Under the pieces are notes generated by a model. That model was not told the origin of the DNA. It made no database searches and saw only the letters and a program-made list of their open reading frames with translations. The position numbers and the translations under genes are program-made. A stretch of 64,000 nt of DNA from Bacteroidia bacterium (lineage in GTDB: Bacteria; Bacteroidota; Bacteroidia; 2-12-FULL-35-15). The stretch's first letter is position 1, and each line of letters begins with the position of its first letter. This document shows, piece after piece, positions 27,434 through 39,702 of the stretch. The DNA is taken from assembly GCA_036170475.1 (NCBI GenBank), contig JAVHPE010000126.1, positions 3,999 through 67,998 on the forward strand, written 5' to 3'.

Positions 27434-27708
27434 ATATAATTGAAATAAAGTATTGTAATTATTCTGCAAAAAAACCACGGAGACACGGAGAACACAAAGA
27501 AACACGGAGATAATTACCTGTAAATCTAAATTCCCACTATATTAAATTTTTTCGATAAAAATCAACCTATTAATAAACCCAAAATAGTATCTCTGCTCCT
27601 TTTTACAAAAATTAACGTTTGAAAATTTGATTGAAATTGTAAAAATCAATTTTAAACTTTACATTGTCGACTGTTTTTAATTGAAAATACATTTTTTGTT
27701 TTGTTCAA

Positions 27709-30700
27709 ATGAAAAAAATTCAAAATTTACTGATCCTTTCTTTTATTTACATCACTTCTATTTCTTATGCACAACTTGGAAAAGACGGCAATGGAAATAT
27801 TAATACGGCAAACCACATTGTAAATGAATATACTGATTTAACTTCAGATGCTACAATCGGTACTACTTCTATAAGTGTTTCAGCAAGCGGATTAAATGTG
27901 AATAATCGTTTTTCAGCTAACCTGGCTCCGGGCGATTTGATTATGATTATTCAGATGCAAGGCGCTACAATACTCGGACAGGCTGATTCAGCAAACCCTG
28001 TTACCAGCAACCCAAATGATGCTTCTTGGGGAAGTATAACCAATTATGGTAATTGTGGCAATTATGAATTATGCCAGGTAGCAGGCGTTCCTGATGGTTC
28101 TACCATTTCAATTGATTGCGGGTTAATAAACGGTTATACAGCCTCCGGGAAAGTACAAATAGTGCGTGTTCCACGATATAATACTTTAACAATAACATTG
28201 TCGGGTGTTTTAACATGCCAGCCTTGGAACGGAACAACAGGAGGTATTTTAGCTGTTGAAGTTCATGGCAGCACAACAATAAATGCCGGTGGAAAAATAA
28301 GCGCAGTTGGCAAAGGTTTTAGAGGTGCTTCATTATTTACTCCCACCCCTCCCCGCTCCCAAACTCTTTGGTACTCATCTACAAGCCTTGAAGTATCTGC
28401 CAACAAAGGAGAAGGTATTGCCGGATTCGACAATGATTATACAATTTATGGAGGGAAATACTGCAGAGGGGCGGCTGCTAATGCAGGTGGTGCAGGTAAT
28501 GTATGGAACGCAGGAGGTGGGGGGGGCGCTAATGCAGGATCAGTTGCTTCATGGACAGGTCAAGGAAATCCTGACACAAGTATAGCAGGATGGAGCACTG
28601 CTTGGAACCTTGAATCGCCCGGTTTTGCATATACTTCATCATCAGGCGGAGGCAGAGGAGGATATTCGTTTTCAGGTTCCAATCAAAACGCACTTGTTGA
28701 TCCTCCCAGCGATCTTATCTGGGGAGGCTATGCACGTGAAATTAACGGAGGCTTAGGAGGACGACCATTAGATTATTCAACCGGCAAAATTTTTATGGGT
28801 GGTGGTGGTGGCGGTGGTGAACAAGATAATAACCAAGGAGGAGTTGGAGGTGCAGGCGGGGGAATTATTTTCTTTACTTCTTATGGAACCATTACAGGCA
28901 GCGGCAATGACTCCATTATTGCTGACGGCAGCCATGGCGGAGATTCTCATACAACACCTCCTTTATCCAGCTATAGCGGAAAAGATGGATCCGGAGGAGC
29001 AGGAGGTGGAGGAACAATACTACTCAATGAATCTGGCATTAATGGACTTATATTATCTGCTCAGGGGGGCATAGGTGGTAATCAGGTTCTTACAAGAGGT
29101 TCATTGTATTTTGGAGCTATGAATGAAGCTGAAGGACCAGGAGGAGGAGGAGGAGGAGGATATATTGCCCTTTCTTCAGGTTCTGTAACACAAATAACTG
29201 ACGGTGGTTTCAGCGGAATTACTAATTCTGACGCGTTAACCGAATTCCTCCCGAATGGAGCAACCAAAGGTGCCGCAGGAATAATCAATCAAACAATTCC
29301 AAGAATTGATACAATTTCTGCTGCCAGTATGACTATTTGTGCAGGGGATTCTGCTACCCTTACTGCTACAATTGATGGAACAATTCCTGCCACACTTACT
29401 TGGTATAATGCACAAACAGGAGGCTCCATAGTTGGAACAGGTACATTTAATACATCTGCTTTATCAATTACTACTACCTATTATGTCGGGTTATGCCCGG
29501 GAACTTACAGAATTCCTGTAGTTGTAACAGTAGATCCGAGTATTGCATCAGTAAATATTTCACAAAACCCAACCGGTTCCATTTGTCCAGGAACACCCAT
29601 TACATATACTGCCGTCCCAACTACAGGAGGAACCTTACCTGTTTATCAATGGCTTGTAAATGGGTTATCTGTTGGAACTAATGCCGTTTCATTCACCAGT
29701 TCGACATTAATCAACAATGACACAGTAATTTGCATCATGACACCAAATTCCGTTTGTGCTTCAGGCATTCCTGTAGTATCTAATACAATAGTACTATCAG
29801 TAACCCCAAATGTAACGGCATCAGTAAATATTACATCCATACCTTCAGGACCAATATGTGCAGGCACTTCAGTAACTTTTACTGCAACGGCTGTTAATGG
29901 TGGAACAATCCCTGTATTTCAGTGGCAGCGGAATGGAATAAATATCGGAGGTAATTCTAATATTTATAGTAGTTCCTCCTTATCAAATGGTGATGTCGTA
30001 GTTTGTATACTTACTTCAAATGCTGATTGTGTTTTGAATTCCCCTGCAACATCCAATTCAATTACAATGGTAATATACCCTTTACCAATACCAGGCATTA
30101 CCTCAAATACAAACAGTGGATGTTATCCTATGTGTATTCAGTTTAACGAAACCAGCGGAGCTACATATAACTCCGTAATTTATACCTTCGGAGATGGCGA
30201 TTCGTCCACAACAATGGCTCCTCAACATTGTTATACGCAAATTGGAACTTATTCTGTAACCATTACCTGCACTGATGCAAACGGGTGCATAGGTACAACT
30301 CTGAACTCAAATATGATAACGATAGGCTCTAATCCTATCGCAGATTTTTCTTCTTCTCCCACAAATGTTATTACAGCAAACACTATTGTTTCTTTTACAG
30401 ATATATCAACAAATAGCGTTGTATCGATGTGGAATTTTGGGGATCCTGGCTCAGGTATAGATAACAGTTCATATTTATCATCACCTTATCATACTTATTC
30501 ATCCGCCGGAACATATTGCATAGAACTGACTGTACAAAATCAGTTTGGTTGTATGGATTCTACCAATGAATGCCTAACGGTTACTAATGATGCAGCCATA
30601 ACTATTCCTAATGTATTTTCTCCAAATGGCGATGGCATTAACGATAAGTTTTTTATCACGCTTACTGCAATAAAAGAGTTGAGCTGCAGTATTTTTGACA

Positions 30701-30867
30701 GATGGGGTGTAAAGGTTTCGGAATGGAATACCTTAGATGGAGATTGGGATGGCAAGACAGAAAGTGGGAAAATGGCCAACGACGGAGTCTATTTCTTTAT
30801 TATTAAAGCAACTGGATTGAATGAAAAAATAATTAATGAACATGGTTTCCTGACTTTGTCGAAATAG
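27709..30867 (+). CDS. large surface protein: Gly-rich N-terminal region, Ig-like/PKD-like repeats, gliding-motility-type (T9SS type B) C-terminal domain
   Basis: 1052 aa with a signal peptide. Repeats such as SIPSGPICAGTSVTFTATAVNGGTIPVFQWQRNG. The C-terminus IPNVFSPNGDGINDKFFI...DRWGVKVSEWN...NDGVYFFIIKA matches the type B CTD. Confidence 0.8.
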   Translation: MKKIQNLLILSFIYITSISYAQLGKDGNGNINTANHIVNEYTDLTSDATIGTTSISVSASGLNVNNRFSANLAPGDLIMIIQMQGATILGQADSANPVTSNPNDASWGSITNYGNCGNYELCQVAGVPDGSTISIDCGLINGYTASGKVQIVRVPRYNTLTITLSGVLTCQPWNGTTGGILAVEVHGSTTINAGGKISAVGKGFRGASLFTPTPPRSQTLWYSSTSLEVSANKGEGIAGFDNDYTIYGGKYCRGAAANAGGAGNVWNAGGGGGANAGSVASWTGQGNPDTSIAGWSTAWNLESPGFAYTSSSGGGRGGYSFSGSNQNALVDPPSDLIWGGYAREINGGLGGRPLDYSTGKIFMGGGGGGGEQDNNQGGVGGAGGGIIFFTSYGTITGSGNDSIIADGSHGGDSHTTPPLSSYSGKDGSGGAGGGGTILLNESGINGLILSAQGGIGGNQVLTRGSLYFGAMNEAEGPGGGGGGGYIALSSGSVTQITDGGFSGITNSDALTEFLPNGATKGAAGIINQTIPRIDTISAASMTICAGDSATLTATIDGTIPATLTWYNAQTGGSIVGTGTFNTSALSITTTYYVGLCPGTYRIPVVVTVDPSIASVNISQNPTGSICPGTPITYTAVPTTGGTLPVYQWLVNGLSVGTNAVSFTSSTLINNDTVICIMTPNSVCASGIPVVSNTIVLSVTPNVTASVNITSIPSGPICAGTSVTFTATAVNGGTIPVFQWQRNGINIGGNSNIYSSSSLSNGDVVVCILTSNADCVLNSPATSNSITMVIYPLPIPGITSNTNSGCYPMCIQFNETSGATYNSVIYTFGDGDSSTTMAPQHCYTQIGTYSVTITCTDANGCIGTTLNSNMITIGSNPIADFSSSPTNVITANTIVSFTDISTNSVVSMWNFGDPGSGIDNSSYLSSPYHTYSSAGTYCIELTVQNQFGCMDSTNECLTVTNDAAITIPNVFSPNGDGINDKFFITLTAIKELSCSIFDRWGVKVSEWNTLDGDWDGKTESGKMANDGVYFFIIKATGLNEKIINEHGFLTLSK

Positions 30868-30903
30868 TAACTGAAAGTTTGTTAGTGATAAATATACCAT
30901 CAA

Positions 30904-31371
30904 TTGTCTAAGATCTACCACTTACAATATTTGAAGAAAAACAAGCTTCTGACTTTCCTTTCAGTTGCTGATCGAATTCTTCCAGCCGAAGAAAATTCCC
31001 CTGGTGGCGGGAGTATGGAAACTGCAGCAGTAGTTGATTGGTATATGAATAAAGTCCCTGCAGACATCCGAAAAAAAATATTACTTTTTATTGACGTTAT
31101 TCAATTCACAGGGGTTTTCTTTGGAGGAAAAAAATTCTCGGATAACAGTATTCAAGCGCAGGAAAGGCAATTAAAATGGATGGAGAATAATAAAGTCAGA
31201 CTTTTTCGGATGGGATTTTTTGGAATAAAAACCTTTGTTGAGATGGGGTATTATACAAGGGAGGATATATGGACAACCATAAGTTATGATGGACCTATTT
31301 TACCTGACAGGGCATATTCAGATATAACAATTCGTGAATTATGTCAAAATAAACTTGAGATTTCAGAATAA
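30904..31371 (+). CDS. gluconate 2-dehydrogenase subunit 3-like protein (small partner of GMC oxidoreductase)
   Basis: 155 aa. ADRILPAEENSPGGGSMETAAVVDWYMNKVPADIRKK, and sits immediately upstream of a GMC oxidoreductase. Confidence 0.7.
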   Translation: MSKIYHLQYLKKNKLLTFLSVADRILPAEENSPGGGSMETAAVVDWYMNKVPADIRKKILLFIDVIQFTGVFFGGKKFSDNSIQAQERQLKWMENNKVRLFRMGFFGIKTFVEMGYYTREDIWTTISYDGPILPDRAYSDITIRELCQNKLEISE

Positions 31372-31390
31372 ATTTTTGCCTTAAATATTT

Positions 31391-32893
31391 ATGACACATC
31401 TAATTTACGATGTAATAATAATAGGTTCAGGTGCCGGTGGCGGTACTGTTGCCAGCCGGCTTTCTGCATTAGCGGCTGAAGGTTTGAAAATAGCTGTATT
31501 GGAATCAGGTCCGCATTTTCCAAAAGAATATTTTACCCAGCGTGAAATAGAGATGTTTGATTTGTTTGAAAGTGGAGGAGCATTTCCAAGTGCCGACGGA
31601 ACTATCACTGCAAGTTTTGGCAAAGCGATGGGTGGCAGTACTTTGATGTATACAGGTGTAACATTCAGATTACCAGATTCTGTAGTGGAAGATTGGGCAA
31701 TAGATGGTCTTTCCAGTTCCGATCTTAAAACCCGTTTTGAAAAATTAGAAAAAGAATTACATGTAATTGAACCTTGCCAGGAAATGGAAAACGATAATAA
31801 TCGTTTATTCAAAAAGGGTTGCGAAGAAATTGGAATATCGGTAAAAAAAATTTCCCTGAATTTAAAAAATTGCGAACAGATGGGGTTTTGCAACCTGGGA
31901 TGTGCCAATGGAAATAAACAGGGAACGTTGTCCGTTCAATTACCTGCAGCTTCTAAGGCAGGTATTGAATTGATACCCAACTGCAAGGTAACAAACATTT
32001 CTGAAAAAAAAGTTCGTGCAACCATAAAAAAAGCTCCTGCCGGTTCTTTGCAAGGAACATTAAATGAAGGAATATATGAATTTCAGGCTAAAATAATTGT
32101 CCTTGCCGGAGGTACAATAGGGTCTTCCGCTTTGCTATTAAAATCGGGTTTTAAAAAAGAATTTCCGGCACTTGGCGCTTATATTACACTTCATCCGGCG
32201 ATGACTGTTTATGGCATTCATCCAAAAAAAATAAAAAGCTATAAAGGATTTCCTAAAATATATTATTCACCTGATTACAGCGACAGTCCGGGGTATTATC
32301 TTGAAACCGCTTTTTATTATCCTTTCATCACTTCAAAAAATCTTTCTTTATGGGGAAAGGATTTGAAACATGCGATGAATAATTATAATAACCTGATGGC
32401 AATTATTATTCTTGTACACGACGAGGCTATAGCTGACAATAAGATAAAATTAAACTGGAAAAAGGAACCAGTGCTGGATTATAAGCTTTCTGACAATTCA
32501 ATAAAAGCATTCTGTGATGCACAGGCAAAAGCCTCCAGAATATTTTTTGCCGCAGGTTGTAATGAAGCAGTGATGCCCGCTGCAGAGAAGCCATTATTTT
32601 CAAAAGAGGATTTGAAGGGAAGAGAACCTGAATTATTTATTACTCCAAAAACATTTATTCCCAATAAGGTGCCTGTGGCTACAGCTCATTTGCAGGGAGG
32701 CTGCAGAATGGGCAAAGACAAGAATGATTCTGTTACAGACAGTTGGGGTAAAGTGCATGGAAAAGAATGGCTGTACATTGCAGATGGTAGTCTTTTCCCA
32801 AAAAGCTCACATGTAAATCCGTATCTTACTATTATGGCTTTGGCGGATAGGGTAAGTGAACGGATAATAGCAACTAAAGACCAATGGTTATAA
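31391..32893 (+). CDS. GMC-family FAD-dependent oxidoreductase
   Basis: YDVIIIGSGAGGGTVASRLS (FAD Rossmann) and a C-terminal GGCRMG...ADGSLFP motif. Confidence 0.85.
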   Translation: MTHLIYDVIIIGSGAGGGTVASRLSALAAEGLKIAVLESGPHFPKEYFTQREIEMFDLFESGGAFPSADGTITASFGKAMGGSTLMYTGVTFRLPDSVVEDWAIDGLSSSDLKTRFEKLEKELHVIEPCQEMENDNNRLFKKGCEEIGISVKKISLNLKNCEQMGFCNLGCANGNKQGTLSVQLPAASKAGIELIPNCKVTNISEKKVRATIKKAPAGSLQGTLNEGIYEFQAKIIVLAGGTIGSSALLLKSGFKKEFPALGAYITLHPAMTVYGIHPKKIKSYKGFPKIYYSPDYSDSPGYYLETAFYYPFITSKNLSLWGKDLKHAMNNYNNLMAIIILVHDEAIADNKIKLNWKKEPVLDYKLSDNSIKAFCDAQAKASRIFFAAGCNEAVMPAAEKPLFSKEDLKGREPELFITPKTFIPNKVPVATAHLQGGCRMGKDKNDSVTDSWGKVHGKEWLYIADGSLFPKSSHVNPYLTIMALADRVSERIIATKDQWL

Positions 32894-32924
32894 TGATCAT
32901 TGATTTCATTTCATAATTTTTTAA

Positions 32925-33887
32925 TTATTTCCACCGTTTTATTCTCCAGGCTTTTTGTTGCTCCTCATTTAAAAAAGTCCATGCAACAATACGACTTACC
33001 TTTTGCCCTTGAGCCATATCAATGGTTTTTATATCTATGGCATTTACCTTTTTGAGTGCTTTGTAAACACCGGCAAGGTTTTCTCTCTTGGAGATGAGTG
33101 TAGAGTACCAAAAACACTTTGTTGGCAGCTGAGCACTCTGTTCAATCATTTTTTTTACAAATCCGGACTCACCTCCTGTACACCACAGTTCAGTATTTTG
33201 CCCGCCAAAATTTAAAGCAGCCTTTTTATTCTTGATGCCTAAATTCCTCCACTTTCGTTCAGTACCTTCATTGGCTTCTGCTAAGGATGAATGGAAAGGA
33301 GGATTACAAATTGTAATGTCAAAAACTTCACCCGGCTTCATAATGTTCCTGAATATAGCGGATGAGGATGTTTGTAACCGGCACTCAATAGCAGATTTTA
33401 AATGATCATTTGAAACTATAATTGTATTTGCCGATTTAATCGCAAAAGGATCAATATCTGTTCCAACAAAGCGCCAGCCATATTCACTATTTCCTATAAT
33501 TGGATAAACACAATTGGCACCAACACCGATATCCAGAACCGAAATAGAATTGCCTTTTGGAAGAACATTATTGTTACTGCTCTTCAACAGATCGGCAATA
33601 TAATGGATATAATCAGCCCTTCCGGGAATTGGAGGGCAAAGGTAATTCACCGGTATGTCCCAATTTGAAATACCATAGAACTGCTTTAACAATGCCTTGT
33701 TCAAGGTTTTCACAGCCTCAGGATTACTGAAATCGATGGATTCATTATTATATTTATTGATTGATACAAATGCGGCAAGTTTAGGACAGACAAGGATAAG
33801 CTGTTCAAAATCATAACGAAGCCGATGCTTATTCCGGGGATGCAAGCCGCTCTTCTCTAATGGAAATATTTTTGAATTTTCTGACAA
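32925..33887 (-). CDS. rlmF: 23S rRNA (adenine1618-N6)-methyltransferase RlmF
   Basis: [17 protein letters not shown]...[14 protein letters not shown]...ICNPPFHSS, with the NPPF catalytic motif. Confidence 0.85.
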   Translation of the reverse strand: MSENSKIFPLEKSGLHPRNKHRLRYDFEQLILVCPKLAAFVSINKYNNESIDFSNPEAVKTLNKALLKQFYGISNWDIPVNYLCPPIPGRADYIHYIADLLKSSNNNVLPKGNSISVLDIGVGANCVYPIIGNSEYGWRFVGTDIDPFAIKSANTIIVSNDHLKSAIECRLQTSSSAIFRNIMKPGEVFDITICNPPFHSSLAEANEGTERKWRNLGIKNKKAALNFGGQNTELWCTGGESGFVKKMIEQSAQLPTKCFWYSTLISKRENLAGVYKALKKVNAIDIKTIDMAQGQKVSRIVAWTFLNEEQQKAWRIKRWK

Positions 33888-34021
33888 TTCAGACAGCGTA
33901 TAATTGTTTTAGTATTTCCCTTTATGCAACTAAAGTATTCATTAATTCGTCGCAAAATTATTGCTATCTGCCGCAAAAATTATTTTTCTGTCCAACAGCG
34001 ATATCTTTAGGTTTTTGGGGA

Positions 34022-35851
34022 TTAAACAACCGGGATAAATTTCAATTTCGTTTTAAGTTCTATAATCTCCAACTTAATTTTTTCTACTTTATCCTGATAG
34101 TCAGCGATAAGAGGATTTGTACTTTTTGCTTTCCCAAAAAAACTCAGATTATTTTCCAATTGATCCACCTCCGTCTGTTGCTTTTTTATTTTATCCTGCA
34201 ATAGCAAACGTTCTTTTTTTATTTGCTCCTTTCCTTGTGGAGATTTTAGCATTTGTTCGTATTTAAGGCGATAGAAAACTTTATCATCCACCTTCGAATT
34301 AATTTTAATTCGTTCGAGCAACTTTTCCATAGCTCTGCCGAAAGCATTGTTAAGCCGATCATTTTCTTTCAACGGAGGCTCTCCGGAAAGAGCCCATTCC
34401 TCTTGCATTTTTTTTAATTCTTCCAGGCATTGAGCAATATCATCCGAAGGTTGAAATAAATCTATTTTTGCTATGAGTGCCTCTTTAACTTCAAGGATTG
34501 CTTTGAGGGCATTTTCTTTTACAAGTACCTGATTATTTTTGCATTCAAAAAAATGATCACAAGCCTTTCGAAAACGCATCCAAACAACATCTGAATCTTT
34601 TGTCGCCACCTGTCCGATAGTTTTCCATTCCACTTGCAATTTTTTTAAAGCTTCCGCTGTAGTCTGCCATTCTGAGCTTTCCTGAAGCGTTTCGGCTTTT
34701 ACACAGAGTGCCGTTTTCTTTTCTAAATTGCTGGCGAACTCTCCCCTTTGTTTAGCGTAGTATAAATCCAGCAGTTGATGAAAATGCAAACGGGCTTTCT
34801 TAAATCGTTTCCAACAATTTCCATTATCACTTTTGGGCACAAAACTTATTTTCTGCCAGGCATCCCATATCGCACTTTCTTTTTCTGCCACTTCCCGACA
34901 GGCTTTATGAGAAACTAACTCGGTTTGGCAAAGTTGTTCTATTTGTTCACATAAAACAATTTTGGCTGCCAGGTTGTTTTGCTGCTGTTGTTTTACCTGA
35001 AGATCGTGTTCTTTTTTTCGTTCGATAATTTTATCTCCTACAGCATTGAAACGTAGCCATAAATTATCTTTCAATTCCCTGCTGGTATTTCTGATTTCAC
35101 TCCACTCTTCCTGTAAATGATGCAACCCCTCTAACGCTTTTTTCAAGGAAGGCTCTTCATTCAGTAGCTCTGCCTTTTCGCAGAGTTGAACTTTATGTTC
35201 ATTGTTTTTTTTCTTGTCAAGGATATTCAGTTCATTATTGATCTTTACCATATCATAGAACTTGCCTGTCAGGAAAAAATAATTTTCCCTAAGGGTATGA
35301 TTATCCGCGATGGGAACATTTCCAGTTGTACGCCATTTGGTCTGAAGCGCCTGAAACTTATTATAGGAGGACGAAAAATTATCATTGCCTTTTAACAATT
35401 CTTTTAATTCATCAATGATCATCTTTTTTGTAGAAAGATTTTCCATTGCCGATTTCTCCTTCTGCTTACGCTCTGAAACTTTTTTTGCATTTAAACTTTT
35501 CCAGATTTGGGCAATTTTTTCATCCAAAGGATCCGCTTTAGGTTCAAAATCTTCCGCAGGACTACCATCCTCGGTAAACACAGCCAGTTTGTGCTCAAAA
35601 TCTTCCTTTACCAGTTCATCTAATTTATTTTTGATGAGTTGGGCAGCAGGTAAAATAGAATGAATTTCCTCCTGTGCAAGAAATTCCGCAAGTTTATCTA
35701 CTAACTGGATTTTATTTAACCCATCTATTTCATCTTCAGAAATTATAGCTTCAGGATTTTCTGTTTCTAATTCATCAGTAAGATCAACCGATATAGCCTC
35801 CTGTGAAAGGTTTTTGTTTTGTATCGGTTCGGGATTTTCATTATTTTGCAT
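34022..35851 (-). CDS. DUF349 domain-containing protein
   Basis: 609 aa with repeated about 75-aa helical units, each containing L(Q/K)xEWxxIG...W.RF..AC.HFF. Confidence 0.7.
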   Translation of the reverse strand: MQNNENPEPIQNKNLSQEAISVDLTDELETENPEAIISEDEIDGLNKIQLVDKLAEFLAQEEIHSILPAAQLIKNKLDELVKEDFEHKLAVFTEDGSPAEDFEPKADPLDEKIAQIWKSLNAKKVSERKQKEKSAMENLSTKKMIIDELKELLKGNDNFSSSYNKFQALQTKWRTTGNVPIADNHTLRENYFFLTGKFYDMVKINNELNILDKKKNNEHKVQLCEKAELLNEEPSLKKALEGLHHLQEEWSEIRNTSRELKDNLWLRFNAVGDKIIERKKEHDLQVKQQQQNNLAAKIVLCEQIEQLCQTELVSHKACREVAEKESAIWDAWQKISFVPKSDNGNCWKRFKKARLHFHQLLDLYYAKQRGEFASNLEKKTALCVKAETLQESSEWQTTAEALKKLQVEWKTIGQVATKDSDVVWMRFRKACDHFFECKNNQVLVKENALKAILEVKEALIAKIDLFQPSDDIAQCLEELKKMQEEWALSGEPPLKENDRLNNAFGRAMEKLLERIKINSKVDDKVFYRLKYEQMLKSPQGKEQIKKERLLLQDKIKKQQTEVDQLENNLSFFGKAKSTNPLIADYQDKVEKIKLEIIELKTKLKFIPVV

Positions 35852-36143
35852 AGTGCGAATTTTACTAAAAATTATATATTACTCCTTCTTAACAAGATCA
35901 ATGGAATATTATCAAATAAAATTGTAATCAAAATTAATTTCTTAAACATCTAATTTACAATAAATTTTAAAAGCAACATTTAAAATAAAAAAATAATTGT
36001 CGTGAATCAATTTCGATTTTTTTATTATTCGCTTCAACTTACACAAAATTAATTTATGAATACATTCGTACATTTAGCTTAAAAGAACGGGAGAGAGAAC
36101 TATTTTGAAGGATTGGGATAAAAAATAAATGTAGCCGGTTTGA

Positions 36144-36932
36144 TTATAAACCTTCTATTCTGCCACCATCCACCGGGATATTAATACCACAGATATAAGC
36201 GGCAGCAGGGGAAGCCAAAAAAGCGATAGCATTAGCAATTTCATTTGGCTCAGCAAAGCGATTCGCAGGTATTTCAAGCAACATCTCTTGTTTTATTTTA
36301 TCAATTGATTTTCCTGTTTTTACAGCTTTATTTTCCATTAATGATTGCAAACGAAATGTATTGGTAGCGCCCGGCAATACATTATTTACAGTTATTCCAA
36401 AGGATGCGACTTCATTAGCCAGTGTTTTCGACCAACTTGCAACAGCGCCCCGAATGGTATTGGAAATGCCTAATCCGGGTATTGGTTGCTTTACAGATGT
36501 AGAAATAACATTAATGATTCTCCCATATTTTTCTGTTTTCATTCCGGGGATAACAGCTTGCGCTAAAATATGGTTACAGATAATATGGTTGGAAAATGCT
36601 GTTAAAAAATCCGCCGGTTTCGCTAAAGTAACCGTTCCTGCGGGTGGTCCACCGGTATTATTAACTAAAATATGTATGAATGGGTTGCTTTTTAAATAAT
36701 ATTCAATTTTTGATTTTAAATCTTCCGGATCAGAAAAATCAGCGCAGATCAATGTATGGTGTTGTTTTGAGTTAGTCGCTAACTCAAGTAATGTTTCTTT
36801 TAATTTAACCTCATTTCGGGCAAGTAAAATAACATTAGCACCCAACATAGCCAGTTCTATTGCAGCCGCTTTTCCAATGCCTTGGGTACTTCCGCAGACC
36901 AGAGCATTTTTCCCTTCTAAACTTAAATTCAT
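36144..36932 (-). CDS. SDR-family oxidoreductase
   Basis: NALVCGSTQGIGKAAAIELAMLGANVILLAR (TGxxxGxG-type motif) and NVLPGATNT. Confidence 0.8.
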   Translation of the reverse strand: MNLSLEGKNALVCGSTQGIGKAAAIELAMLGANVILLARNEVKLKETLLELATNSKQHHTLICADFSDPEDLKSKIEYYLKSNPFIHILVNNTGGPPAGTVTLAKPADFLTAFSNHIICNHILAQAVIPGMKTEKYGRIINVISTSVKQPIPGLGISNTIRGAVASWSKTLANEVASFGITVNNVLPGATNTFRLQSLMENKAVKTGKSIDKIKQEMLLEIPANRFAEPNEIANAIAFLASPAAAYICGINIPVDGGRIEGL

Positions 36933-37418
36933 GTGATTTAGAATAATTTATTTACAAATGAACGAAAAAAAATGTGAAATGAAATATAAACTTGGAATTT
37001 GCCAGATTTCAAAACATTGCCCTTTCTTCTTTTACTTTAGCGAATTATACAAACCTGATTGTTTGTTGAAAAGATAGTCGGGCAAATAACCAGAGCGATA
37101 TAAGCTGAAACAGCAAACACACCAACATAATCCAAACTCATACATTTACCAATCAGAATGGTATCAGAATGTTTTAAACTTATGGAGGAAAAACTTGACA
37201 GAGTAAAAACAAACCAAATTTTATAATTTTAGCCTCTCCTATTATTTTAAATAACCTACATCCATTTTCAAGGAAGAAAGTAGAAACAAATAGTTTTAAA
37301 ACATTTAATTAACTTTGTCCCGAAACGTTTCCTTATGCTGGAAAATTGTGTAAATCGTAAATTTATACGGTTTCCATTTTTATCAATATTCTTATAGCGA
37401 TATAGTATTATCTGTTTT

Positions 37419-38564
37419 ATGCAAACAAAAAGAATAACCATTGTAAACAGGCATTATCCTCCTAATATTAATATTACCGGAGAAAATGCCTGGGATTTAG
37501 CAAATTATTTAATTGAAAAACATAAAATTGAAGTCTCCATTGTACACATCGATCGTAAATATGAAGGAGGTGGAAATAAAAGAGAATCTGTCGGAATTAT
37601 TTACCCTCTGAAAACAATTTATGAAGGCAAAAATAAATTTTTGCGATACATAAGTGGAATGATGGATGGTTACAACTTGATAAAAAAAGCGGCAAAGTTG
37701 AATAATGGCCCCATCATTGTAATGACAAGCCCGCCGCTTCTTCCAATGTGGGCTTCAAAAATTCTGGGTAAAAGAAAAAAAGAATGGATCTTATGGAGCA
37801 TGGATTTATTCCCCGAAGGTTTTGCCGCATCCAACGAAATAAGCCCGACAAATTTTCTTTACAAATATGCTCTGAGGCAAACCTATAAATATGCTCCCGA
37901 AAAAATCATTGCACTTGGACCTCAACAGAAGAAGGTATTAGAACAGAAATATAAAAAGGAAATTGAGAATGTGATTCTGCCTTGTGGTGTTTTTTTAGAT
38001 CAAAATAAAATTGAAAACACTCCCTCCTGGAAAATTCATACTAATAAGATTTACCTTGGGTACTGTGGCAATTGCGGCATTCCACACTCCGTAGATTTTA
38101 TTAAAGAAGTTATTGACGCAATTAACCCTGATACACAACAGTTGGTTTTAGCTGTTTATGGTACTAAAGCGGAACAAGTGATTACTTATGCGAAAGGTAA
38201 ACCTGGAATTACCATACTTACAAACGTTCCAAGAAATGAATTGCATCATATTGATGTTCATTTGGTAACATTGGTAAACTCCTGGACACATGTGGCGGTA
38301 CCATCAAAGGCGGTAAGTAGTGTCTGTTCAGGTGCTACTATCTTATTCTGTGGCAATAAAGAGAGTGATAATTGGTGTTTACTTAAGGATGCCGGTTGGC
38401 TGGTGGAAGATGATTTGAATTTAAAACAAAATGTCCAAAAAGCCCTTGCTTCATTAAATTGGGTGGAAATCAAAATAAAAAAAAATAATGCATCCCGAAT
38501 ATCCGCCGAACTCAATAGCCTGATACTTCAAAGCTATGCCACAATTGCCACCTGGGCTAACTGA
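37419..38564 (+). CDS. glycosyltransferase (GT-B, group 1/GT4-like, WcaI-type)
   Basis: 381 aa. N-terminal [26 protein letters not shown], typical of GT4 N-domains. Followed by an epimerase and a second glycosyltransferase. Confidence 0.6.
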   Translation: MQTKRITIVNRHYPPNINITGENAWDLANYLIEKHKIEVSIVHIDRKYEGGGNKRESVGIIYPLKTIYEGKNKFLRYISGMMDGYNLIKKAAKLNNGPIIVMTSPPLLPMWASKILGKRKKEWILWSMDLFPEGFAASNEISPTNFLYKYALRQTYKYAPEKIIALGPQQKKVLEQKYKKEIENVILPCGVFLDQNKIENTPSWKIHTNKIYLGYCGNCGIPHSVDFIKEVIDAINPDTQQLVLAVYGTKAEQVITYAKGKPGITILTNVPRNELHHIDVHLVTLVNSWTHVAVPSKAVSSVCSGATILFCGNKESDNWCLLKDAGWLVEDDLNLKQNVQKALASLNWVEIKIKKNNASRISAELNSLILQSYATIATWAN

Positions 38565-38634
38565 ATTAACTGAATTAACCGATTTTATTAATTTTAATAA
38601 TTATATTTGCATTTTAAAATCTATTCAAATTCAA

Positions 38635-39702
38635 ATGAAAATAGCCATCATAACAGGTTCAGGAGGACTCATCGGGAGTGAATCAGTATCGTTTTTCTCA
38701 AAACATTTTGATAAAATAATCGGCATTGACAATGATATGCGGAGCTATTTTTTTGGTAAAGAAGCTTCTACCAGTTGGAATGTGAACAGGATCAAAGAAA
38801 ACGTTCCAAACTATGAACATCATGCTATTGATATTCGTGATTTAGCGAGCCTTGAAAAATTATTTAACCAGTATAACAACGATATTAAATTAATAGTTCA
38901 TACTGCCGCGCAACCCAGTCATGATTGGGCTGCAAAAGAACCGATTACTGATTTCGGAGTAAATGCAACAGGTACGCTTCACATGCTTGAACTAACACGT
39001 AAATACTGTAGTAAAGCTGTTTTTCTATTTACTTCTACCAACAAAGTATATGGCGACAATCCAAATTATTTGCCTTTGGTTGAAAAAGAAACACGCTGGG
39101 AAATTGCGGAAAACCACGCTTATTTTAAAAATGGTATTGATGAACAAATGAGTATTGACCATACAAAACACTCTGTGTTTGGTGTATCAAAACTAGCTGC
39201 GGATGTGATGGCTCAGGAATACGGAAAATATTTTGATATGAGTGTCGGCATTTTTCGCGGTGGTTGTCTTACAGGGCCTAATCACAGTGGAGCCCAGCTT
39301 CATGGTTTTTTATCCTACCTGATGAAATGCACACTAACCGGAAACCATTACACCATCTTTGGTTATAAAGGAAAGCAGGTTCGTGATAATATTCATAGTT
39401 CTGATTTGGTGAATATGTTCTGGCATTTTTATCAACAGCCAAAAATGGGGGAGGCTTACAATGCCGGTGGCGGACGGTTTGCAAACTGTTCCATGATTGA
39501 AGCGATTAAAATGTGTGAAATTATCAGCGGTAAAAAATTAAACCATACCTATAGTGAACAGGCACGTAGTGGCGACCATATCTGGTATATCAGCGATGTA
39601 TCTAAATTCAAAAAAGATTATCCGGGTTGGGAATACAAATGGAATTTGCAGGATACCCTTATTGATATTTATAATACGATGAGTAAAAAAATTAGTTGGT
39701 AA
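38635..39702 (+). CDS. NAD-dependent epimerase/dehydratase (CDP-paratose 2-epimerase-like)
   Basis: [16 protein letters not shown] (Rossmann) and [16 protein letters not shown] (YxxxK). Start set at the internal ATG. Confidence 0.75.
   Translation: MKIAIITGSGGLIGSESVSFFSKHFDKIIGIDNDMRSYFFGKEASTSWNVNRIKENVPNYEHHAIDIRDLASLEKLFNQYNNDIKLIVHTAAQPSHDWAAKEPITDFGVNATGTLHMLELTRKYCSKAVFLFTSTNKVYGDNPNYLPLVEKETRWEIAENHAYFKNGIDEQMSIDHTKHSVFGVSKLAADVMAQEYGKYFDMSVGIFRGGCLTGPNHSGAQLHGFLSYLMKCTLTGNHYTIFGYKGKQVRDNIHSSDLVNMFWHFYQQPKMGEAYNAGGGRFANCSMIEAIKMCEIISGKKLNHTYSEQARSGDHIWYISDVSKFKKDYPGWEYKWNLQDTLIDIYNTMSKKISW

Noticed and set aside
38536-38634. N-terminal 33 codons of ORF 38536-39702 overlapping the end of the preceding glycosyltransferase
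   Set aside because: The Rossmann motif begins right after the internal ATG at 38635 ([14 protein letters not shown]), which is the typical epimerase N-terminus. The upstream extension is probably not translated.
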